In this document: positions 36,538-46,819 of the stretch, in pieces
Position numbering within the stretch: position 1 is the stretch's first letter
How the letters are laid out: each line of letters begins with the position of its first letter
Assembly: GCA_946965045.2 (NCBI GenBank)
Contig: OX337235.1
Span: 3,720,001 to 3,784,000 of the forward strand
DNA length: 64,000 nt
Direction of reading: 5' to 3'
Source: Epithemia pelagica
Lineage: Eukaryota; Protista; Bacillariophyta
Program-made: the position numbers and the translations under genes
The notes under the pieces: generated by a model
Told to the model about the DNA's origin: nothing
Database searches by the model: none
The model's input: the letters and a program-made list of their open reading frames with translations, nothing else

Positions 36538-36617
36538 CCCTCCCTCACAAGATCGGCACAGTTATCTTCATGACTCAAGACGGAGGCAAACGAGAAGCAA
36601 TGGATTGATTCATTGAT

Positions 36618-37736
36618 CTATTTTTCTTGCGACAAGGACGCAGTGACATACTGCACAAGTCCACGACGCTTGCAAATCAGAATACCAGAGCCGACAGACG
36701 TATGCGATTCTGCACAGCTGTCTGCCAAAGTCCCTTCATCCGCTACTTTCATCCTTTTGTTCGATTCCGCCCTGTCACTTTGTTGCATCTGGTGGATTCT
36801 CAAGCTCTCTACAGTAAGGGCTGAATTGACAGAGTCTGTGTGAATTGCGATTGCCTTACCCCTGTAAACATGTGGTCCTCCACAGGAACCGTCAAAGCCT
36901 CCAGTTTGGAAGTCAATGTAATTCTTTTTCACCAAACCAACAGATCCCTGCTTGGGAATGACATGGAGTCTGTCAGTGTATTCCGTGTCATATCGAAACA
37001 ATGTAACAGGAACATGATAAAAAGTCATTGGCTCGCTTGCCCCATCCCTTGGGATGTCTGCTATTGAAGAGGCAACAGGTATCGTCTGCGGAAAGACACA
37101 ACCATCACTGCGCTCGAGCACAGCCCAGTCATTCTCAAAGTGAAACTTTTTGACCGTGACAGGTATCTCGACTTTGCCTTGTTCCGGTGAAATGACACCA
37201 TTGTTGCGCACCAGGACCGTTGTGAGAAAGAGTGGTTCGTCAATGAGTTGTATTTCGCCACTGGTCTCGTCCTTGCTCGAGATGACATGTCCGGCGGTGA
37301 GTACAGCCGTCTTTGTCACCGCAAAAGCCGTGGCGATCACCACAATTTCATGTTCATGTGGTTTGGAATACAAAATGTAAATGCTGTCATGGAAAGGATA
37401 GCCTGGGTCACCGGACGGCTGTTTCTTTGGAGCGGGTGCCACCACGATCAAGGGGTGATGGTCGGATGTGGGAGGAGATGTATCCTTCAACTCATCCACT
37501 ATCTCTTTCAATTTCCTGCCTGGGTTATACTTTTTCTTGTCACGAAAAGATTTCGGTGGGAAGACAATCAAATCATCAAAATCACAGTGTTGGAGAGACT
37601 TGCTTTTTCGAGGGTGCACCAAACCTTTCAAGTCGGCAACATGAGTATCAGGTGCTGGACTAATTTGTATAGGGTCGCCCTCCGGCTCATCCTTTCCCTT
37701 GTAGTAGAGCTGAACCCAAACAGATGAAGAAGACAT
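36618..37736 (-). CDS. Crinkler-type (CR) N-terminal ubiquitin-like domain fused to a trypsin-fold peptidase (372 aa)
   Basis: N-terminal VWVQLY...VADLK..V...L.HCD.DDLIVFP...PLIVVAP. C-terminal LTAGH, ENDWAVLE, DGSCGGP, AIAIH. Confidence 0.75.
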   Translation of the reverse strand: MSSSSVWVQLYYKGKDEPEGDPIQISPAPDTHVADLKGLVHPRKSKSLQHCDFDDLIVFPPKSFRDKKKYNPGRKLKEIVDELKDTSPPTSDHHPLIVVAPAPKKQPSGDPGYPFHDSIYILYSKPHEHEIVVIATAFAVTKTAVLTAGHVISSKDETSGEIQLIDEPLFLTTVLVRNNGVISPEQGKVEIPVTVKKFHFENDWAVLERSDGCVFPQTIPVASSIADIPRDGASEPMTFYHVPVTLFRYDTEYTDRLHVIPKQGSVGLVKKNYIDFQTGGFDGSCGGPHVYRGKAIAIHTDSVNSALTVESLRIHQMQQSDRAESNKRMKVADEGTLADSCAESHTSVGSGILICKRRGLVQYVTASLSQEK

Positions 37737-38029
37737 GATGATATTTTGCTGTTGCCGTTATTGACGTATCGTGTATCGTCGTCTTCGTTGTTGCTATTGT
37801 TGTTGCAACATTGAAAGCGACTGCTGCGGCTGTTGTTCTTGTTGTTGCCGCTGCGGAGTGTCTTTTTATTGGTGTTGCTGTTGGATGCTCAGTCGGTCGT
37901 CGTTGTTGCTCTTCCGGTGATGTTGTTGCAACGTTGACTTCGGCATTGTCGTTGCTGCGCTGTTGTATGTTGGTGTTATAATGAAAAGTATTGACAGAGG
38001 AGGCTCGCCAGGCGCATCGCCAAAATACT

Positions 38030-38193
38030 TGATAGAATCCGTTCCAAAGAAAGACTAAGATAAGCGTTACAACTACATCCATCGCATAAAACCAGTAAAG
38101 TGGCCCCCCGGCCATAAGGCCCAATCTACGTCGCCATAAGGCCCAATCTACGTCATGCTGACGTATCAATCCCGTATCGACCAGAATGAGACA
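38030..38193 (-). repeat. 3' LTR of copia C
   Basis: Identical to 44463-44626. Confidence 0.93.
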
Positions 38194-38239
38194 GTCCCCG
38201 CCAGTGGATCAACCAATGAGAGTTGAGTTACTGGCCCCA

Positions 38240-41200
38240 TTAGAGGTGTGCGGGATTGGTCCCATTGGTAGATAAGGACGGAGGACCGCCTGCCCCGAAA
38301 GCGGCCGAATACGTAAACTGCGAAATGAGAATATTCCGACGTTCCCGTGGTAAGATCTTGGTGAAAAGATCAGCGATGTTGGATTCAGTATCTTCCTTGC
38401 CCACACGGATAATAGATGCCGCTGCTGCCTCGCGTACCGAGTGGTAGTTGATAGCATTGTGCCTCTTGCTCAAGACTGAAGACGGGAGACTCGTGTTTTT
38501 CACGACACCCCGGTTGTCACAGAGAACACTCGCCGGACCAACCAAAGGAACCCCAAACATCCGAAGTTTGTACCGTAATGCGACGATCATTTCCTTGGCG
38601 ATACGAAGCGCGACAAATTCGCTGCCAAAACTTGAAGTTTCAACGGTATTTTGCCTCTTGGAGTACCACAAGATGGGAGCATTTTGCACAAAGATGAGTA
38701 TACCGGTGTGAGATCGACGAGTGACAACGTTTCCAGCATGGTCAGCATCCACGAAACATGTGATACTGACAGGACGCCCCAATGGTGGAGGCATTTTACT
38801 TGGAATCTCCTCGGCAACTTCGCCGTAAAACTCTTTCCAATCGTCAATTGGCACTTGGGGAAAACATGACTCATCCAGCACCACGTCCTTTGGATCAAAG
38901 ACCAGCTTCAGCTTCGAGTGCGACTTGAGGAAAGCAAATATGTGATAGACTGCCTCCAAGTGACCGACCCTCGGGTTTGCCAAGAATTGTGAAAGAATGG
39001 ACACTTCCAAGTAGATGTCCACTCGCCCAATCTCCACGGCCCAACGTAACACACCAATCAACTGTTGATACCGCGACGTTAATGCTGCGTTGAGTTCTGG
39101 GGTTGTGTCCAACTCCGGCTTGTAAGAAGAGACAACCGGTACCTTGGCCGTCGTTTTAAGGTGTTTCCCGTCCCCGTCTTCCTTGAGAAGATCTTCCACG
39201 ATTCGAATCGCGTTGGCGACATATTTTTCACTGGACATGCCCCATGCCCATGACCCGCTTGGCAAGTTGTGTTTATATATCTGAGCGCCGAGATACACTG
39301 TTGGCTCACCCACGCTCCCTGCTTTGATCTTGTAATGTTTATCAATCTCGTCAAGTACCGGATGCGGATCTTCGCTTACCAGTAGTATGTCATCCACATA
39401 GACTAATATGATCTCATAATATTCCTCTCCCGAGCTTCTCCTCGCCTTCCTCCGTAGGACACATGGATCCGCTTGGGTGTCAATGAAACCCATATCATAA
39501 AGGGTCACCATGAGCGTGGCCCGCCAACTTGCACCGGAGGATTTCAGCCCGTATAGGGCCCTTACCATGACACAGACCTTTCCCTGAAACTCGTTCCCCA
39601 CTTCCGGACCCCCATGAAACCAAATCTTCTCTCGACATGGCGCATTCAAGTAGGCATTACCTATATCACACGCGAGTACCTTTAGCCCATTGAGTGCGGC
39701 AATGAGAAAAGCAATCCTGATTGAGTCTCGGCTGACGACGCTCGAGTAGGTCAGGCTTGACGGCGCGTCAGTCATATGCCCCCCTGCCACGAGCCGTGCC
39801 TTCCTGGTAAGATCCATTTTTATGTCAAAAACCATATGACATTTAATTTCCGTATACCCGATGAGCTGCCGCCCTGCTCGTACCTCTTCTAGATCCAGAT
39901 CGTCCCTCGCTTCCCATGCTACCTTCACTACCCTGAGCTCCTTGTCTATCGCATCCCTCCAGAAGGTAGTTCCAGTTACCTCATCAATCTTTAGTGCCTC
40001 TTCAACCGAATGGGGTAGCTTTATCCCATATTTCTCCGTGGTCTTCCAATATTTCTTCTTCACTTTCTTCACCATCCGACGCATATGGTTTAGCGTCTGT
40101 GGCACCCACCACTTGAATGCTGGTTCTTCCACTAGCCCTTGTGCGACCGCGTACTCTGCCAACTCGACTGCGTACCCATTTTTCGCGTCCCTAAGAGGTA
40201 TCCACATTTGCGTCCCGTCTCGACATTCGACAGCTATTTCCCATCCTTTCGTCGTTTTCTTCGGGTGCCGATTCCCGTTCTGTCCCACATGGTATCCGTC
40301 CTCGATGGCCACAGCGTCCCCGTTTTTCCTGTGACCGACGATCTCCTGTATAACGACGTATCTCTTTCCCTCCGTGTCCAGCTGTGAATAGAGATTTTCC
40401 GCCACCAAGTTGGCAGTGTATTCCTGTATCACGCCACCAGGAAAGCTTACCTGGTACGTTCTTGTGTCGAATTTCGGGTTTCGATTGGACTTTCCTACTG
40501 GCTTGCCATCTAACCCTTTTTGCCGTTTTTCCACTGTGCCAAACATCTGCTCACCTCCCATCTCGACTTGTATCTGTGCTCCGATGTACTCGTCGTATCC
40601 TTCCCCGTGCAAATCGGCCTCATCTGTCTCCTCGACGATCATGTCACCATATTCGTCGTCCGTTGGGACGATCCCGACACGTCCCCGTCTTTCCTCTTCC
40701 GGTTCTACATCCTCGAGATAACCCGGCCCATTTCCTTCTTCATCGGTGAAATTCTGATCGTCTAACCTCTCCTCAACAATCAACTTGAATTGTTTGACCC
40801 TTTCGGCAATGTCTGGCTTTCCCATATCTTCTTCCGTGACATGTTGCACCGTTGTCCGAGCAATCACCTTTCCCCCCTTTGTCAAGATCCAGTAGCAAAG
40901 GTCACTCCCGATTCGATGCGCAATCCCTAACCAGTATCCCAGCTGCACGAGATCGTCCGCTGCATCTGTTTTGGCATTGTTGTGAAACCACACGAGGTCA
41001 TAGAAGGAAAAATCAATCCACTCCGAGATGTCCGGTGTATCTCCTGAGAGTCGTTCTAAGCCGGATCGGCCGTCATGTCCCCGGGCGACTCGACTGAGTA
41101 CACCGGCCTCGTAAACAAGACCATAGTCCCAAAGCCTTCTTGGGACATGAAGATCCATGGCACGTCTGTGCCACCTCTGTTTGAGCAACCCGATCTCGCG

Positions 41201-44200
41201 TTCGGCACGGTGATTTTGTTTCCCCGTATTGCGCTCTGTCCAGTGCATGTCAATACGATGCATGCGGACCAATTTCTGGAACATGGTGGATTCACCAACC
41301 TGCTCTCCGGCCATATCTGCCGTCATCTTGTCGGGTATGCCGACTTCATCAATGAACCTTGCAAGCGCTTGCCCGACATGTGCCTTGCTGACCATGGGAT
41401 AAACCGAGGTGAACTGCCCGTCGGTGAAGACTTGGGCACACTTGTTCCCTGACAGCGAAGTCGTTTTCGAAAATAGAGTGTCCGTATAGATACGCGTTTG
41501 CAATCTGTTACGATGTAGGGCTAAGTTATCCACGCGGTATCGTCGTGTGATAGGCGAGATAGCCGTCCGGATCCCCTGTTGGGTGGTTACTCGGAGGGTA
41601 GCCCGAGCCGAATCGAGTCCAATGCGCCACTTGCGACTGAGTGATTCCGGTGTGACTGCCCCATGTCGCGTGCTCTCCACCTGCTTGACACGCGGACGAG
41701 CGGCCAGCTCGCGGTTGATTCTTTGAGGTACCAGAGCAGCCGAGATCGCTCCGACCCCGGCCATGCCCATGTCATGCGTCTCGAGGTACGGACTGTCCCC
41801 TTTTTGCAACAAGTCTACCGTATGGGGATCCCATTTTTCCTGCCGAGTAAGGACGACCGACGGCAAACTCTCGATGTCTTGAGGACTGGGTGCCCGGGAC
41901 TCAAAATACACCGTCGTTCCGCGTAGCTGAAACGGAATGTGGAACCCATCGATCCATATCCCAAACCCTTCCTTGTCCTGCCGCGTCGGGTCATCTCGGA
42001 CGTCATGCCCCGCGTGGCGCACCTGATTTTGATTCAATAAGGATTTGTCTAATCTGTTACCGAACCACAGCATCTGATGACCAATAATCACAATTTCCAT
42101 CCCAGACTTCCGATCCCTCACCACCGTTGCACATGTCGCGACTGGGACGGATGTTGCCCCCACTTGATTGCCAGCGAAATCATTCACTGTGCATTCCATG
42201 CCAGTTGTCTCCACCAAGGTCCAGTTGCGTCCAGCGCAACACGTATCTGCCATGGTATCCATTTCGTTTCTGCCAGTCTCTCCCCCGGATCCTTGCTTCA
42301 ACAACCAACCTTTCTCCACCTTCCCGACCCGTCTCTGCGGACCACAATTCACTACCGATATGCCATGGCGGCTACTCCCCGAATCGTCCCCATAAGCCCC
42401 GTTCCCGAACCTTCTCCCATTGGTGCTTCCGCGCTCTCCCTGAGTATTGCCGTCACTTCCCCTATTGCCGTCACTTCCCCCATTGCCCCCGCTGGTGGTG
42501 CGATTCCCCTCGTTGGTGATATCCGTGATGACGGATTGGTTCTCCATTTGAATTTCGGCGACCCCACGGCCTCCACCACCATGTCGTCCACCACCGTGTC
42601 CTCGTCCACCGCGACCACGTCCCCGGCCACCGAAAGTACGGCCGCCACCACGACCGCCCTGTGCTCGAACACGTTCCCGTTCCTGATGGATGTAAGCTTG
42701 GCCACTGGGACCTAACAAGTTCATTTCTTGGCTTGAGAATCGGCGGGTGACATCAGTCACGTCCACGCCAAAGAAGGTGTAAACGCCATTGTTCTGCTCA
42801 AGGCCAGTAAAATTGCGCGGCCGATTACTTGATGTGGCTTCCGAAACAAAGCGGTGACGTCCTTGGTTGCGACGGTTCCCGACAGCGACATCCGGGTAGA
42901 TGTCAGATATCTCTCGAGAGATATACGCAATAGCCCCTTGAAGATCGGTCCGGTGGTTGCTTCGAACGTACGATTTAATCACAGCGAACTCTGCTGTCGC
43001 CACCTTCATATTGTCGATGAGAATCTTGACCTGGTTCGCCGTAGACCGGCGATTTGGGGTGCTATCCAACGTCCGAAAAGCACGCAATAGTTGTGCCGAG
43101 TACGAGTCAAAGCTAAATACACGTTCGTTTTGATAGACCACCGTTTCTAAAATAGCTTCAGCCTTGGAGATGCGACGCTCCTTCTGTCCCCCCCCATCGA
43201 AATGATCGACCAATGCCATCCATGCGCGTCGACCATCTTGTGAAGCCTGGAAAGGCTGAATCCACGTCGCAGGTTGATCCTTGACAAGGTCACTCAATAG
43301 GCGAAACACTTCCTTGTTGTCTTCTTTGAAGTACGGCCCACCTAGAGGGTAGCTATAGAGCTCTTGTTCCCTAGTGCTTGCAAAGACATGGGTAGGCGCT
43401 AAATCGGGACGAATCACGTAGTCCAATGGTGCCTTCTGTTTTCCATAGATATGCGATAGGTAGGTTGGGAACTCTTGACTCCAATCCTCCCAGTCTTCTT
43501 CCTTGAGGGCAGAGGGCTTAATATCAGGTGCAGAGGATTTCTCCGACTGGATCTCCATCGCGTCCAGGGATTCGGCTAGGACAGCAGTTGTGAAGTCTCC
43601 GTAGTTAAGCGGACGGCCTTGACGACGCGCTCTGGCGGACCAGAAGCACATTCCTTGAATGTTCTTTACGACGCTTGAAGGAATCGCCACGTTGTGCGGG
43701 TACGGGCGCTTTTCCAGCCTCGACACCAGTTGGGTCACGTCATCCGATGTCATTCTTCCATATGACTCTAGGGTGTTAAGGCGTTCGGTATGTTCTAGGG
43801 CGTATATTTCGAAAGGATTCGCGCCACATACACTAAGTGCCATTCCCACAGCAGAGAGGGGTGGTGGTGGTGCTGGAACGCCTGGAGGTATTCCATCTCC
43901 TCCTCCTCCTCCAGCGCCACCACCGCCTGCTCCTCCTCCTCCGCCTCCAGCGCCGCCGCCTGCACCTCCTCCTGCACCTCCTCCTGCACCTCCTCCTGCA
44001 GCACCGCCCCCGCCTCCGCCTCCTGCGGCACCGCCACCATGTCCGCCTCCTCCCGCTCCCAGCGCACCACATCCTGCACCGGCTCCACCGCCGGCACCTC
44101 CCGTTCCGGCGCTTCCTGCGCCAGTCCCAGGCGCACCACCTGGTGCCGCCACTCCCGGGGCCGTTCCTGCAGCTGTCCCTGCTGCGGTTCCTCCTGTAGT

Positions 44201-44410
44201 TCCAGGTACACCTCCTGGCGGGTCACTCCCTCCCGCTCCCGTTCCCATACTTGCGCCATGGCGTGAAGTACGATCTCCTCCCCCATTCCCCGTGGCCCCG
44301 GGGTTCCCATTTCCGCTTCCGCCTCCACTTCCGCTTCCGCTTCCGCTTCCGCTTCCGCTCCTTCCACTTGCAGTTGCAGTTTTCGTATTCGATCGTGTCG
44401 ATGTAGCCAT
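38240..44410 (-). CDS. gag-pol: Gag-Pol polyprotein of copia C (2056 aa)
   Basis: Gly-rich N-terminus, gag, RGG tract, EMDTMADTC protease, YTDT/TAD/AEREIG integrase, chromo-like insert, YVDD RT, FVDADHAG RNase H. Confidence 0.92.
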   Translation of the reverse strand: MATSTRSNTKTATASGRSGSGSGSGSGSGGGSGNGNPGATGNGGGDRTSRHGASMGTGAGGSDPPGGVPGTTGGTAAGTAAGTAPGVAAPGGAPGTGAGSAGTGGAGGGAGAGCGALGAGGGGHGGGAAGGGGGGGAAGGGAGGGAGGGAGGGAGGGGGGAGGGGAGGGGGDGIPPGVPAPPPPLSAVGMALSVCGANPFEIYALEHTERLNTLESYGRMTSDDVTQLVSRLEKRPYPHNVAIPSSVVKNIQGMCFWSARARRQGRPLNYGDFTTAVLAESLDAMEIQSEKSSAPDIKPSALKEEDWEDWSQEFPTYLSHIYGKQKAPLDYVIRPDLAPTHVFASTREQELYSYPLGGPYFKEDNKEVFRLLSDLVKDQPATWIQPFQASQDGRRAWMALVDHFDGGGQKERRISKAEAILETVVYQNERVFSFDSYSAQLLRAFRTLDSTPNRRSTANQVKILIDNMKVATAEFAVIKSYVRSNHRTDLQGAIAYISREISDIYPDVAVGNRRNQGRHRFVSEATSSNRPRNFTGLEQNNGVYTFFGVDVTDVTRRFSSQEMNLLGPSGQAYIHQERERVRAQGGRGGGRTFGGRGRGRGGRGHGGGRHGGGGRGVAEIQMENQSVITDITNEGNRTTSGGNGGSDGNRGSDGNTQGERGSTNGRRFGNGAYGDDSGSSRHGISVVNCGPQRRVGKVEKGWLLKQGSGGETGRNEMDTMADTCCAGRNWTLVETTGMECTVNDFAGNQVGATSVPVATCATVVRDRKSGMEIVIIGHQMLWFGNRLDKSLLNQNQVRHAGHDVRDDPTRQDKEGFGIWIDGFHIPFQLRGTTVYFESRAPSPQDIESLPSVVLTRQEKWDPHTVDLLQKGDSPYLETHDMGMAGVGAISAALVPQRINRELAARPRVKQVESTRHGAVTPESLSRKWRIGLDSARATLRVTTQQGIRTAISPITRRYRVDNLALHRNRLQTRIYTDTLFSKTTSLSGNKCAQVFTDGQFTSVYPMVSKAHVGQALARFIDEVGIPDKMTADMAGEQVGESTMFQKLVRMHRIDMHWTERNTGKQNHRAEREIGLLKQRWHRRAMDLHVPRRLWDYGLVYEAGVLSRVARGHDGRSGLERLSGDTPDISEWIDFSFYDLVWFHNNAKTDAADDLVQLGYWLGIAHRIGSDLCYWILTKGGKVIARTTVQHVTEEDMGKPDIAERVKQFKLIVEERLDDQNFTDEEGNGPGYLEDVEPEEERRGRVGIVPTDDEYGDMIVEETDEADLHGEGYDEYIGAQIQVEMGGEQMFGTVEKRQKGLDGKPVGKSNRNPKFDTRTYQVSFPGGVIQEYTANLVAENLYSQLDTEGKRYVVIQEIVGHRKNGDAVAIEDGYHVGQNGNRHPKKTTKGWEIAVECRDGTQMWIPLRDAKNGYAVELAEYAVAQGLVEEPAFKWWVPQTLNHMRRMVKKVKKKYWKTTEKYGIKLPHSVEEALKIDEVTGTTFWRDAIDKELRVVKVAWEARDDLDLEEVRAGRQLIGYTEIKCHMVFDIKMDLTRKARLVAGGHMTDAPSSLTYSSVVSRDSIRIAFLIAALNGLKVLACDIGNAYLNAPCREKIWFHGGPEVGNEFQGKVCVMVRALYGLKSSGASWRATLMVTLYDMGFIDTQADPCVLRRKARRSSGEEYYEIILVYVDDILLVSEDPHPVLDEIDKHYKIKAGSVGEPTVYLGAQIYKHNLPSGSWAWGMSSEKYVANAIRIVEDLLKEDGDGKHLKTTAKVPVVSSYKPELDTTPELNAALTSRYQQLIGVLRWAVEIGRVDIYLEVSILSQFLANPRVGHLEAVYHIFAFLKSHSKLKLVFDPKDVVLDESCFPQVPIDDWKEFYGEVAEEIPSKMPPPLGRPVSITCFVDADHAGNVVTRRSHTGILIFVQNAPILWYSKRQNTVETSSFGSEFVALRIAKEMIVALRYKLRMFGVPLVGPASVLCDNRGVVKNTSLPSSVLSKRHNAINYHSVREAAAASIIRVGKEDTESNIADLFTKILPRERRNILISQFTYSAAFGAGGPPSLSTNGTNPAHL

Positions 44411-44462
44411 TCTTCGTTCTTCTTTACCAGACGATGGGTCTGATAAACTGTCTTATTCTACT

Positions 44463-44626
44463 TGATAGAATCCGTTCCAAAGAAAGACTAAGATAAGCGT
44501 TACAACTACATCCATCGCATAAAACCAGTAAAGTGGCCCCCCGGCCATAAGGCCCAATCTACGTCGCCATAAGGCCCAATCTACGTCATGCTGACGTATC
44601 AATCCCGTATCGACCAGAATGAGACA
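44463..44626 (-). repeat. 5' LTR of copia C
   Basis: Identical to 38030-38193. Confidence 0.93.
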
Positions 44627-44690
44627 GATGATTGCCCTGCTTGTGGTCACGGCTCGCTCGCAGATCTCGATCGCCCGAGACTTCTATCGT

Positions 44691-46125
44691 TACCCCTAGC
44701 GGTAGGGTGAGTCATGGTCGTGAATGACGGTGTGTGCAATCTGTTACTCACCCCCATGGCGCGATTTGCCTTTCTCGACTTTGACGAAAACTCACAACAA
44801 CCACCACGCAAACAACACGAGGCCCATCTTGTTGTGGTTGTAACATCACCCATGGCCCCTTGCAATCGCCACCGACATGTCGCGCCTATCTCTACTACTC
44901 CAAGGGACCCTTGTGGCATTTTATATGGCAGACGCGGACCCTGTTATTGGTCGAACCACTGATTACCAATAACGTGGAAATCCAACAAACAACAAACAAC
45001 AAACAACCGATGACCCACCCTCCAAACCCATTATGGATCCCTGTTGCCTCCCTTGCAGTGCCTGTTGTTGTCTCTTTCCCCTCTCTCCCTACATGCCTGT
45101 CAACCACCACCTTCCGTCGCCGACAAACCTTTGTTTCATGAAACATACCAACCAAGACCCTAAACCAACCATGAGAAATCAGAGAAGGAGCAGTAGATGA
45201 TTTGACAATCAACCGCCATTGTGGTGCTATTGGTGTGAAAAGGACAATGCCTGTATGGTCGATCAGGTTTGTTGGACAACAAAATCATTTTCGTTACCCT
45301 GCAAGCGAGGACACGTTTCACGTGCCACCAGACTTTGAATTCTATTTTGGTATTGAAAAAGTCTTTTTGCAAAGTTAATTGCTCAATGCGTGGCACACCT
45401 CCATTGCTTGGCAAACAATCGCACAGAGGACTTGTCCTAATCATGGTGGCAATAGTATTGCTTGCTGAGTCCCCAGTTATTTGAGAAGGCCGATCGAATG
45501 GCAAACCAGCCGCAGTCCTTTACACTAATGTGTGACAAACTTCATGATACGAATGATTGACCCAACAAGAGCCATCAACATTCAGGATGCCCCCTTCTTG
45601 TACAGAAGCATTTCTCAAGGTGGTAAGACGACGTTGAATTCAACAAAGTGCTCCTTCCACAGTATTCAATTGAACAGAAACGACCACACACGAGCAGGTT
45701 TTCCAGGCGCCGAACGCTCAAAACATCCGAACATGAGGCTATGGTAAAAATAAATGTGTATGAAGTTACTGTAGCCATAATAGGTTGGGAGGATGGGTCA
45801 TCGGTTTGGTTGTTGTTTGATGGATTTCCACGTTATTGGTAGTCAGTGGTTCGACCAATAACAGGGTCCGCGTCTGCCATATAAAATGCCACAAGGGTCC
45901 CTTGGGGTAGTAGAGATAGGAGCGACATGTCGGTGGCGATTGCAAGGGACCATGGCTGTTGTTACAACCACAGCAAGATTGGCCTCGTGTTGTTTGCGTG
46001 GTGGTTGTTGTGAGTTTTCGTCAAAGTCGAGAAATCGCCGATTTTGAGGATCGCGCCTTGGGGGTGAGAATCAGAATGCACCCTCTCTCATTCACGACCA
46101 GGACTCACCCTTCCGCTAGGGGGTA
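44691..46125. mobile_element. Non-autonomous long-TIR DNA element, Mutator-like (1435 bp)
   Basis: Imperfect inverted repeats of about 340 bp (about 44691-45035 / 45775-46125, ends TACCCC...GGGGTA). Flanks cttctatcgt / cttctattgt match at 9 of 10. No transposase ORF. Confidence 0.65.
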
Positions 46126-46819
46126 CTTCTATTGTACAACTGACATACGCGTATCCCACGTGGGAATCAGTTGGACCACATACATGTTCACCTTCCGCCT
46201 TGCAACATGGCCCCAACCTCTTGTTGGTAACTGACTGTGGTTTCAGCCACGAACAAGCAATGTCTTCAATCACGAGGGCAACATGACTCGTTCGTCTCAA
46301 CCAACCACCACAAAATAGTTCCAATACAGACTCTGTCATTGGGGACTTGTCGACCTGGACGTGTGGAACCTGCCCTAATATAGTATCGTCCTTCGTATGG
46401 CTCGGAGTCGTCCTCGTTTTCGTGCTCGTCGTACTCTCCGTTGTCTGTCGCATGACTTGATCAAACTCTCAAGTGTACACAAAAGACCGGATCTGCCAAG
46501 AATAAGCCACATTCATTGTCGCTGTGGCTCTGGACGAAACAACAAGGATAGCTGGCCATGGCGAATTGGTCCGACTGTCACAAACGTCATGGCTTCAGAA
46601 GGAAATTCGTGTGAGGTCATATGCTATGTAACATGCTGGGAGTTGCTCTTTGATCTCCGTCTATTGTAATGTCTTTTCCGGCAGAGCCAGCCACTCCAGT
46701 TTAGGTATAGTGTTTGAAAAGCATTTCATTAACTTATATAATTCACAACGGAGTTAAGGATAAACACGATCCCCTCTTTTGCACGAGCGTATAATGGCCA
46801 CCTGATATAGATGCCGGGC

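Larger units (their letters stand above)
38030..44626 (-). mobile_element. Ty1/copia LTR retrotransposon, family C (6597 bp, intact ORF)
   Basis: Identical 164-bp LTRs (TGTCTC...CTATCA on minus) at 38030-38193 and 44463-44626, each with a 2x22-bp internal repeat. No TSD found. Confidence 0.92.

Noticed and set aside
38108-38155. Short direct repeats in LTRs C and B as a possible CRISPR-like array
   Set aside because: Only two adjacent units with no spacers; ordinary LTR internal tandem repeats.
37687-38169. 160-aa ORF starting in LTR C and running toward the protease
   Set aside because: TTG start, low-complexity Thr/Ala content, different frame from the protease, spans the LTR junction.
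43659-44465. 268-aa Pro-rich extensin-like ORF
   Set aside because: Antisense of the Gly-rich gag leader; stop-free by composition.
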